From Eubacteriales bacterium (GTDB taxonomy: Bacteria > Bacillota > Clostridia > Oscillospirales > CAG-272): a DNA stretch of 34,641 nucleotides. The notes below the pieces were generated by a model. That model was not told the origin of the DNA and ran no database searches. It was given only the letters and a program-made list of their open reading frames with translations. Positions within the stretch are counted from its first letter, which is position 1. Each line of letters starts with the position of its first letter. The stretch covers positions 1 to 34,641 of the forward strand of contig JAZQWK010000188.1 of assembly GCA_045632325.1 (NCBI GenBank), in the 5' to 3' direction. Shown here piece after piece: positions 17,778-25,631 of this stretch. A program made the position numbers and the translations under genes.

Positions 17778-20700
17778 TTATTCTGCTTCACCGGTTTCAG
17801 CGGCAGCTGCTTCTTCTGCTCTGCTTGCAAGAGTCTCACCGAGTTCAAGAACGTCGAGACCGAATTCCTGTCTCTTTCTGGTGATTTCCTTGTTGATGAA
17901 GATGTACTGAGAAAGCATTGCTTCAACGGGGTCAGCGTTGTTGTTGTACGCATCCAGGAATGCGAAGTCAACGTAACGGGTGATGATGTAAGAACCGGGA
18001 TACTCGGGCGTAGCTCTGAGCTTATTGAACTGTGCCATGAGCGTTTCGAGCTCGGTGGAGGACCAGTTCATGTTCATCATAGCTTCCATGTTCGCGGTCG
18101 GGTGAATCGTACCGTTACCGAGAAGTGCCGTGTATTCGTTACCGTATCTGGACTGTGCATCGGTAGAGGTGATCCAGTCGATGTACTTCCAAGCGTTTTC
18201 GGGGTTCTTTGCAGCAGCCATCATAACGAGACCGGAAACGGTGGTCGTTGCGGTGTTGTTGATGGAGCCGTCTTCCAGTTCATAACCGGGCAGCGGCATC
18301 ATAGCCCACAGACCTCTGATTTCGGTTGCGAATGCGTTCAGCTGCGTGTACATGGTGTAGTCAGCGATACCGAGCGGCATTTCACCGGTTCTGAAACGGT
18401 TAGCAAAGTCGTAAGTCAGCGGGAACTTGTACTGCGTGAACATGTCACAGAGTTCCTTGAAGGTATCAAGTGCGAGGTTGGAGTCGAGGTTGATTCTCAT
18501 ACCGCCGTCTGCATACAGCTCACCGTCTCTCTGATAGTAGAGAAGCGTGAAGCCTGCGAGCTTCTGGGGCATTGCGATTTCCATGTACTCAGACTGGAGA
18601 ACGGGGAGGATCGCCTTGAGGTCATCCCAAGTCTTGGGAACTTCGATTTCGAGGTCAGCGAAGATATCCTGACGGTAGAAGAGCATCGAGAAGGACTGGG
18701 TTTCCGGGATCGCGTAGACACCGGCAGCTGCGCCTTCGTCTTCTTCGGTTGCAGGGTTATCGGTGACGTCCAGGGTGAACGGAACGATTGCTTCTTCGGA
18801 GAATCTTGCGCAGACTTCGTCGAAGGTATCGAAGCCGTCGAGCTTCTGGATCGCGTTACGGATTGCGTAGTTGACAGGGTCGGAGCCGCCCATGTATGCG
18901 ATGTCGGGACCGTTGCCTGCGAGCGTTGCAGGAAGAAGCGTACCGCCTGCGACGAGCTTCAGTTCAACCGGAACACCGTACTGAGGAGTGAACATATCGT
19001 TGATCATCTGACGGACGATCTGAGACTGGTCACGACCGGTGGTAACCCAAACGGAGATGGATTCGCCTTCGCCGCCTTCTTCAGAACCGAGGGAGTTGTA
19101 GTCGGTAAAGAAGGATGCAACGAACTGGGACATTTCAAACATGAATGCCTGGAACGCATTTGCATTTGCCTTGGGCAGGGGTGCGTCGGGAGACTGTACG
19201 GAGAAGAAGTCTACCTGCAGCGGCTGCTTACGAGCGGTGTTCATCCAGGTACCGAGGGTACCGATGTTGGACTTGAACTTGGAAAGGTTCTTTGCAATTT
19301 CGTCTTCGTCGCGGCCCATACGGTCTGCGATACGAGCGATTTCGTTCAGGGTTGCACAGTTGGAACCGCGCTCGCCGGTGATTGCTTCCAGCTCTGCGGA
19401 GAACTCGTACAGGTTCTTGGATTCCTTGATGAGCATATTCAGTTCATCGGGAATCAGTTCGATGAAGTTGTAGTCACGGTACTGGTCAGGCGTTGCACCG
19501 GTGATCTGCTTGATCTTGAGGTAGATCTGGTTCAGGTTGACCAGAGATGCTTCAATTCTGGAGATCAGGGTTGCCATGTTACCGAGAACGACTTCAAAGC
19601 GGAGGGTGTATTCCTTGCCTGCTTCAAAGTAGAACTGGAATTCCGTGGTACCGTCGTTGAGCGGCTTGATCTGGAATTCGTCGTCGTATGCGAATTCAAG
19701 GCTGCCTGCTTCTGCGAACGGGAGCTCGCCGTTGATGTACAGCTTTCTGGAAACGAACATGTCAGGCTGTTCAGACTGCTGGAAACGCGGTACGATGTAG
19801 TACAGACCGGTTTCATTGACTGTCAGCGTGTATTCGACCCAGTCACCGACGGACTGCCATGTCGTGGTCTTACCGATCGTATTCAGACGGATTTTGGAAG
19901 CGTCCTGCGGTTCGGAAATCGCAGAGGATCTGTCATAAGTCGGATATACGGTCGATGTGGATGTTCTAACCGGGGTTTCAGCCTGGATCTTTACGGTCGC
20001 GTCACTACTCACGGCCTTATAGCCCTTGGATGCGTACTCGGCAGAAACCTCTTCATAAGATTTCGGTGCGTCGTAAGGCTTCAGCGTAATGCTGCCGATG
20101 GCAACGGATTCTCTCGTTGCTTCGAGCTCGAGAGTATGCGTACCTGCGGTCAGATAATACTGGAACGGTTCGTTGTAATAACCTGTTGCATCCTTGAATT
20201 CATAAGTCGCCCAATCAGGAGCTTCGATCGCCATGGGACGAACGTCGTTGCCCAGCGGGTCCTGCTCGAACGCTGTATCGGATTCACCGATATCGGACAG
20301 GTCGTCTTTCCAGATCTTCGTCATGGACAGGTATCTGGATTCCTTAAAGGGGATTTTTCCGTCAATACGGAGTGCACGTTCAATGTTGGATGCCTTGCCT
20401 GCGATCGGATAGTAATCCATCTCGATCATGTAAAGGCCATCCGAGGGAACGTCAACATTGTACACGACAGTACCGAGTTCAGGCGTATAGAGCGCCTTCT
20501 CTCCGCCGTAGGTATCAACGCTGACTTTTGCGTCGGTCTTTTCAGTGTCGTAATCGGTGCCGGCAATGGTAATTGCATTCTTGCCGAGCGCTTTTCCTTC
20601 GTGCGATACCTTGTATTCGGCATAGGTGGTCGCGTTCAGAAGTTCCATTACTTCGCTGATGCTTTGGCCGACATTCGATGAATCATTGCCGCTGCCTTTG

Positions 20701-20798
20701 TCCGTTTCCGCTGCTGCGGCCGTGACAGTAAATGTGCTCACGAGCATGAGACCCGAAAGCAACAAAGCAATCGGCTTTGTCAACTTGAGATTTTTCAT
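17778..20798 (-). CDS. Giant (1006 aa) extracellular solute-binding protein: two N-terminal CBM-like beta-sandwich modules, helical linker, C-terminal family-1 sugar SBP
   Basis: Sec signal peptide ending in AAA with no lipobox. Two repeats of V.Y.V.V...GLY.I...Y/F....R.L.I.G..PF.E. C-terminal GPDIA, YAIPETQ, LFYRQDI, VPKTWDD, AWKYIDW motifs of sugar SBPs. AGGAGG RBS. Confidence 0.9.
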   Translation of the reverse strand: MKNLKLTKPIALLLSGLMLVSTFTVTAAAAETDKGSGNDSSNVGQSISEVMELLNATTYAEYKVSHEGKALGKNAITIAGTDYDTEKTDAKVSVDTYGGEKALYTPELGTVVYNVDVPSDGLYMIEMDYYPIAGKASNIERALRIDGKIPFKESRYLSMTKIWKDDLSDIGESDTAFEQDPLGNDVRPMAIEAPDWATYEFKDATGYYNEPFQYYLTAGTHTLELEATRESVAIGSITLKPYDAPKSYEEVSAEYASKGYKAVSSDATVKIQAETPVRTSTSTVYPTYDRSSAISEPQDASKIRLNTIGKTTTWQSVGDWVEYTLTVNETGLYYIVPRFQQSEQPDMFVSRKLYINGELPFAEAGSLEFAYDDEFQIKPLNDGTTEFQFYFEAGKEYTLRFEVVLGNMATLISRIEASLVNLNQIYLKIKQITGATPDQYRDYNFIELIPDELNMLIKESKNLYEFSAELEAITGERGSNCATLNEIARIADRMGRDEDEIAKNLSKFKSNIGTLGTWMNTARKQPLQVDFFSVQSPDAPLPKANANAFQAFMFEMSQFVASFFTDYNSLGSEEGGEGESISVWVTTGRDQSQIVRQMINDMFTPQYGVPVELKLVAGGTLLPATLAGNGPDIAYMGGSDPVNYAIRNAIQKLDGFDTFDEVCARFSEEAIVPFTLDVTDNPATEEDEGAAAGVYAIPETQSFSMLFYRQDIFADLEIEVPKTWDDLKAILPVLQSEYMEIAMPQKLAGFTLLYYQRDGELYADGGMRINLDSNLALDTFKELCDMFTQYKFPLTYDFANRFRTGEMPLGIADYTMYTQLNAFATEIRGLWAMMPLPGYELEDGSINNTATTTVSGLVMMAAAKNPENAWKYIDWITSTDAQSRYGNEYTALLGNGTIHPTANMEAMMNMNWSSTELETLMAQFNKLRATPEYPGSYIITRYVDFAFLDAYNNNADPVEAMLSQYIFINKEITRKRQEFGLDVLELGETLASRAEEAAAAETGEAE

Positions 20799-20863
20799 TT
20801 ACATCTCTTCCTCCTACCAAGATTTGTTTGCTGTTGTGTAGTGACACTTTGGCTGAAACAACA

Positions 20864-20951
20864 CGTCCGCCGTATTCCGCGTGTCCGCCTTCCGTCTATC
20901 TGCGCATTTGCGTGCACATATATAAGGAAAGAAACAGCGGAAACGAGGACG
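20864..20951 (-). ncRNA. Putative structured cis-regulatory RNA (long bulged hairpin) in the operon leader
   Basis: Manual fold of the mRNA strand gives seven helices totalling 36 bp. All six non-Watson-Crick pairs are G-U on this strand only. No known family recognised. Confidence 0.6.
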
Positions 20952-21026
20952 AATGGCTGACATACAAAAATCAAAGGCAACTTGCCGGACATGGTAACGG
21001 CATAAGCCCTGAATTTTCATAGAATA

Positions 21027-21055
21027 ATGATACCATAAACAGCGTTTCTTGTCAA
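21027..21055 (-). promoter_or_regulatory. Putative sigmaA promoter of the uptake operon
   Basis: TTGACA (21055-21050), 17-bp spacer, TGg-TATCAT (hexamer 21032-21027); predicted +1 near 21020. Confidence 0.75.
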
Positions 21056-21190
21056 GTCTGCGTTTTTGTCATTAAATCGTAAAAATTTCTTCAGAATTCG
21101 TTTTCATATGGCTAACGGACACCTCGACGCGAGAAATCGCCGTTTTTTCTATTTATTAGAATTAAATTAATTTGTTTCTTTTTATTGATT

Positions 21191-21207
21191 TGTTATTGAT
21201 AATAACA
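21191..21207. promoter_or_regulatory. Palindrome, candidate transcription-factor site
   Basis: TGTTATT-GAT-AATAACA: perfect 7-bp arms in the AT-rich region upstream of the operon promoter. Confidence 0.35.
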
Positions 21208-21457
21208 TTTTAAAGCCTATTTACACGCTTTATACAGACTTTCTTTGAATGAAAATGAAATTATGCCAATTTACGTTACAATCAATTACCATCCACCGGG
21301 TGCCGTCGCATCGGTTTTATTGTTTGTTTTACAAATCATAGTATGCTATTTGCACAAAATCGACCCTTAATTTTCTATGTGTCAGCATTTTGCACAAACT
21401 TTTGCTTTTTTGCCTTTTTCATGGTACTGAAAGCGCGTTTCACTTCATTTTTCGGTT

Positions 21458-22519
21458 TCAGCCCACGATTCTGCCGCCAAACAGCACGTCTCCCATACCG
21501 TCCGTATCATAGAAAACCGCGCTCTGTCCCGGCGTGATGGCACGCTGCGGCGCATCGAACTGCACCGTCATCCGATCTCCGTCGATTTCAGTGACGACCG
21601 CGCTTGCCGGCGGTGCCGCGTAACGGATCTTGACCCGAACCGTCATCCCGACAACGGCGTCCTCGGGCGCAAGCTTCTGATAATTCAGCGCCTCGACGGT
21701 AAACGCGCCGCCGTATTCCATACCGGCAGGAGCCAGATGCACGGTATTGTTGTCCGCATCGATCTTCGTGACAAATACGGGATGCCCGAGTGCAATGCCA
21801 AGTCCCTTTCTCTGTCCGACCGTATAGCGAATAATGCCCTCGTGCCGTCCGACCACGCGTCCCATCTCATCAAGGAAATCTCCGGGCGGAAACGGCTTGC
21901 CAAGCATCTGCTCCACGAACGAAACGTATCCGCCGTTTGGCAGAAAACAGATATCCTGGCTTTCCTTGGATGCAGCAGCAGAAAAGCCGAGCTCTGCCGC
22001 GTGTGCACGGACTTCCGTTTTATCAAGCTCTGCCATCGGAAGCTCAAGCATCGCAAGCATCCACTGCGGCAGCTGCCACAGAACGTAGCTCTGATCTTTT
22101 TTCTTATCCTCCGCCGCACGGACGAAATACCGTCCGCGCTCCTCATCCTGCAAAACGCGCGCATAATGCCCGGTGCTGACGCGCGCAATGCCGTTCTGAC
22201 GCGCATACTCGCAAAGCATTGCAACCTTGACGTACCGATTGCACTCCACGCACGGGTTCGGCGTCTGCCCCATAGCATAAGCATTGGCAAAATACTGCTT
22301 GACGTGATGCGCAAACGCATCCCTTGCATCGATGATCTCAAGCGGGATCCCTACCTGGTCTGCCGCCGTCTGTGCTGCCGCAACGTCCGTCTCATCCGAC
22401 ATGCGCAAAACGGCACCGTATACACGGTATCCCTGCGCCTTGTACCGATAAGCCGCGTACGTGCTGTCAAGCCCGCCGCTCATACCGACGAGAATTGACG
22501 GTATCTTCTGATTTTCCAT
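21458..22519 (-). CDS. mnmA: tRNA U34 2-thiouridylase MnmA
   Basis: PP-loop MSGGLDS, PNPCVECN, TGHYAR, KDQSYVL, ESQDICF, YTVGQRKGLG, TPGQSAVFY. Confidence 0.96.
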   Translation of the reverse strand: MENQKIPSILVGMSGGLDSTYAAYRYKAQGYRVYGAVLRMSDETDVAAAQTAADQVGIPLEIIDARDAFAHHVKQYFANAYAMGQTPNPCVECNRYVKVAMLCEYARQNGIARVSTGHYARVLQDEERGRYFVRAAEDKKKDQSYVLWQLPQWMLAMLELPMAELDKTEVRAHAAELGFSAAASKESQDICFLPNGGYVSFVEQMLGKPFPPGDFLDEMGRVVGRHEGIIRYTVGQRKGLGIALGHPVFVTKIDADNNTVHLAPAGMEYGGAFTVEALNYQKLAPEDAVVGMTVRVKIRYAAPPASAVVTEIDGDRMTVQFDAPQRAITPGQSAVFYDTDGMGDVLFGGRIVG

Positions 22520-22537
22520 TTTTCGTCCCCTCTCCTT

Positions 22538-23707
22538 TCATGTCACGCGATTTTCCGCATACAGCTGCGTGACGATTCTGCGCACTTGCGCGACGATATA
22601 TTCCATTTCTTCCATAGTGTTTCTCTGTCCAAGCGTAAAGCGCAGAGAGGACGACGCCGTTTCCCTGTCCCGCCCAATCGAGAGCAGAACGCGGGACGGC
22701 TCCGACACGCCTGCCGTGCAAGCCGATGCCGCCGAACAGCAGATACCCGCACGGTCAAGGTGCAGCACCATACTTTCCGCGTCGAGCCCCGGGAAGGATA
22801 CGTTGACGTTTCCGGGCAGACGCTGTCCCACCGCGAAGGTGCCGTTGGCAACACATCCGGGAATTGCGCAAAGCCCCCCAAGAAGACGGTTCCGCATCTG
22901 ACGGATCCGATCGACGTCGGGCAGGTCAGCGGCTTCCTCCAAGGCTTTTGCAAAGCCGACGATCGCCGCGACGTTTTCCGTTCCCGCACGCATCTGCATT
23001 TCCTGTCCGCCGCCGTCAAGAAGCGGTGTCAGCGGCGTTCCTTCTTTGACGTACAGAAACCCAATGCCCTTGGGTGCACCGATCTTGTGTCCCGACAGCG
23101 ACAGCAGATCCACACCAAGGTCTGATACGTTCACGGGAATCTGCCCCATCCCCTGCACCGCATCGCAAAACAGGACCGCTCCGCGCGCATGAACCGCACG
23201 GGCAATCTCCGCAATCGGCTGAACCGTACCGATTTCGTTATTGGCAAGCATGACCGCGGCAAGACGGGTATCGACCTGCAAGGATGCATCCACAGCATCC
23301 GCCGAAACGATGCCGTCGGAATTGGCGGGAATCTCGGTCGTTGTCATACCGAAACGACGGACGAACGCCGCAGCATGCAGCACCGCGTGATGCTCTATGG
23401 CACTGTACGCGATATTCCCACGCAGATCGTTTGCGAACGCACTGCCCTTGATCGCCCAGTTATCCGATTCCGTGCCGCCCGAAGTAAAGAAAATCTCCTT
23501 TGGGGAGCATCCGAGCACCGACGCGATTCTGCGCCGTGCGTCAAGAACGGCTCTCGATGCTGCACGTCCCGCTCCGTAGGCGGAAGACGGATTGCCGAAC
23601 GTCGTCGTCAAAAACGGTTCCATTGCCGCACGGACGGAATCGGTGATCGGCGTTGTTGCCGCATGGTCAACATAGACAAGCGGTTTCTTTTCGGGTTTCT
23701 TTTCCAT
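22538..23707 (-). CDS. iscS: Cysteine desulfurase (IscS/NifS group I)
   Basis: YVDHAATTP, GNPSS, FTSGGTESDN, ANNEIG, DAVQ, PLP lysine SLSGHKIG, RAGTEN, catalytic SAASAC. Start moved to ATG 23707, just after the rnhA stop. Confidence 0.93.
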   Translation of the reverse strand: MEKKPEKKPLVYVDHAATTPITDSVRAAMEPFLTTTFGNPSSAYGAGRAASRAVLDARRRIASVLGCSPKEIFFTSGGTESDNWAIKGSAFANDLRGNIAYSAIEHHAVLHAAAFVRRFGMTTTEIPANSDGIVSADAVDASLQVDTRLAAVMLANNEIGTVQPIAEIARAVHARGAVLFCDAVQGMGQIPVNVSDLGVDLLSLSGHKIGAPKGIGFLYVKEGTPLTPLLDGGGQEMQMRAGTENVAAIVGFAKALEEAADLPDVDRIRQMRNRLLGGLCAIPGCVANGTFAVGQRLPGNVNVSFPGLDAESMVLHLDRAGICCSAASACTAGVSEPSRVLLSIGRDRETASSSLRFTLGQRNTMEEMEYIVAQVRRIVTQLYAENRVT

Positions 23708-23712
23708 ATAAC

Positions 23713-24153
23713 TCACTCCGATGCCCGTTCCGCTGCCGCAACGGCAAGTCGATCGCAACGCTCGTTGTACGGATGCCCGTTGTGTCCGCGCACCCAGACC
23801 CATTCGATCGTATGCGGCTTCATCGCCTCGATCAGCCGTTTCCACAGATCGGCATTGGGCACGGGCGTATTTCCGCTTTTGATCCAGTTCTTCTTTACCC
23901 AGCCGTCAAGCCACTTTTTCGTGATCGAATTGATCACATAGGTAGAATCCGAGGTCAGCGTCACGGCACACGGTTCGCGCAAGGCCTCCAATCCCGAGAT
24001 GACCGCCATCAGCTCCATGCGGTTATTCGTGGTCATCACTTCCCCGCCCGACAGCTCTTTTTCATGTTCTCCGTATACAAGGATCGTTCCCCAGCCGCCG
24101 CGGCCGGGATTCCCCTTGCAGGCACCGTCTGTATAAATGTTGACTTTTTTCAT
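23713..24153 (-). CDS. rnhA: Ribonuclease HI
   Basis: IYTDGACKGNPGRGGWG, TTNNRMELMA, SDSTYV, NADLWKRL, WVRGHNGHPYNERCDRLA. Confidence 0.97.
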   Translation of the reverse strand: MKKVNIYTDGACKGNPGRGGWGTILVYGEHEKELSGGEVMTTNNRMELMAVISGLEALREPCAVTLTSDSTYVINSITKKWLDGWVKKNWIKSGNTPVPNADLWKRLIEAMKPHTIEWVWVRGHNGHPYNERCDRLAVAAAERASE

Positions 24154-24223
24154 AGTATTCCTTTCCGCGCACAGCGCGATACAAACAATCTGACGTTTAT
24201 TTTATCCGCAATATCCGAAACCC

Positions 24224-24252
24224 TTGACAAACTGCCTGTTTCATGCGATAAT
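24224..24252 (+). promoter_or_regulatory. Putative sigmaA promoter for tagA and downstream genes
   Basis: TTGACA (24224-24229), 17-bp spacer, TGc-GATAAT (hexamer 24247-24252). Confidence 0.75.
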
Positions 24253-24290
24253 ATATAATATATATAAATGAGAAAAAGGAGACGTCCATT

Positions 24291-25052
24291 ATGTCTGATT
24301 CCGTCTGTAAGAAAATTGATATCCGCGGCATTCCCGTCGACAACGTCAATCTCGACGAGGCATTTTCCGCTGTGCTTTCGTTTACCCAAACCGACGACTT
24401 CCACATGATCTGTACGCCCAATGCGGAGATCGTGCAGCTCTGCATTGAAGATCACGCTGTCGCCGATCTCATCCGCCGCTCCGATCTGATCATTCCCGAC
24501 GGTGCAGGCGTTGTTCTCGCATCGAAGATTCTCGGCACGCCGCTCAAGGCAAAAACGCCGGGATGTGAGCTTGGAGAGCGCATCGCAAAGGAAGCGGCCT
24601 CCAACGGTCTGCGCGTCTACTTCCTCGGCGGCAAACCGGGCATTGCAGAGCTTGCCGAGCAAAAACTGCGCGAAAAATATCCCGATTTCCAAACGGTCGG
24701 CACGCACGACGGCTACTTCAAAAAGGAAGGCGAAGAAAACGACGCCGTCATCGCCGCCATCAACGAAGCCGCACCGAACGTCCTCTTCGTCTGTCTCGGC
24801 GTTCCCGCGCAGGAAAAATGGATCGACGCCAACCGCGATAAGCTCCCGACGGTTCGTGCCGCTTTGGGGCTTGGCGGTTCTCTTGACAGCTATGCAGGCA
24901 CAATGAAGCGCGCACCGAAGATGTTTATCAAGCTGAATTTGGAATGGTTCTACCGTCTCTGCTGTCAGCCGTCCCGCATCGGACGCATGATGAAGCTGCC
25001 GAAGTTTGTCTTCGGTACGATGCTGTACCGTCTGACGGGCAAAAACAAGTAA
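24291..25052 (+). CDS. tagA: WecB/TagA/CpsF-family glycosyltransferase (GT26, N-acetylmannosaminyltransferase)
   Basis: TPNAEI, IPDGAGVV, YFLGGKPGIAE, HDGYF, LGVPAQEKWI, GLGGSLD, RAPK...LEWFYRL. Confidence 0.92.
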   Translation: MSDSVCKKIDIRGIPVDNVNLDEAFSAVLSFTQTDDFHMICTPNAEIVQLCIEDHAVADLIRRSDLIIPDGAGVVLASKILGTPLKAKTPGCELGERIAKEAASNGLRVYFLGGKPGIAELAEQKLREKYPDFQTVGTHDGYFKKEGEENDAVIAAINEAAPNVLFVCLGVPAQEKWIDANRDKLPTVRAALGLGGSLDSYAGTMKRAPKMFIKLNLEWFYRLCCQPSRIGRMMKLPKFVFGTMLYRLTGKNK

Positions 25053-25073
25053 ATCCTACCGATATCACACTAT

Positions 25074-25102
25074 ATTATACAGGAAAATCCCGTAATTTGC
25101 AA
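25074..25102 (-). promoter_or_regulatory. Candidate antisense sigmaA promoter facing tagA
   Basis: Minus strand TTGCAA (25102-25097), 17-bp spacer, TATAAT (25079-25074), located between two plus-strand genes. Confidence 0.5.
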
Positions 25103-25121
25103 CGGGTTGGACGAAATTCAC

Positions 25122-25604
25122 ATGAAAGAATCACCGAACAAAACCAACGTCATGCGAGCGCTCGACAAAGCGGGCATCGCTTATACACCGATGACTTACG
25201 AGGTCGACGAGGACAACCTCGCAGGCACGCACATCGCCGAGGAAATCGGTCTTCCCGCAGAAATGGTCTTCAAAACGCTCGTCGCACGCGGAGACAAAAA
25301 GGGACTTTGTGTCTTCTGTATTCCCGCACCTGCCGAGCTTGACTTAAAGGAAGCCGCCCGTCTGACAGGCAACAAGAAGATCGAAATGGTCGCCGTTAAG
25401 GAGCTGCTTGGTCTGACAGGATACATCCGCGGCGCATGCTCGCCGATCGGCATGAAAAAGAAATTCCCAACGTTCATTGATGAAACGTGCATCCTGCACG
25501 ACAAGATCACCATTTCCGCCGGCATCCGCGGGATTCAGCTTCTGCTTGACCCGGACGACTTAATCAAGCTCGTCGATGCACAGACCGCCGCACTCACCGT
25601 TTAA
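25122..25604 (+). CDS. ybaK: Cys-tRNA(Pro) deacylase YbaK/EbsC
   Basis: KTNVMRALD, VFKTLV, LDLK, TGYIRGACSPIGMKK, ISAGIRG. Start uncertain (ATG 25122 or TTG 25107). Confidence 0.93.
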   Translation: MKESPNKTNVMRALDKAGIAYTPMTYEVDEDNLAGTHIAEEIGLPAEMVFKTLVARGDKKGLCVFCIPAPAELDLKEAARLTGNKKIEMVAVKELLGLTGYIRGACSPIGMKKKFPTFIDETCILHDKITISAGIRGIQLLLDPDDLIKLVDAQTAALTV

Positions 25605-25631
25605 TTTCTCGTACTGAAAGGAATCACCGTT

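Noticed and set aside
9519-20681. Very long plus-strand ORFs (9519-13679, 13867-15840, 16738-17910, 18102-20681)
   Set aside because: They are in-register antisense shadows of strongly codon-biased minus-strand genes, with no RBS or recognisable motifs, and they cross real gene boundaries.
23708-23845. 46-aa N-terminal extension of the cysteine desulfurase given in the ORF track
   Set aside because: It overlaps rnhA in another frame; family similarity begins after ATG 23707.
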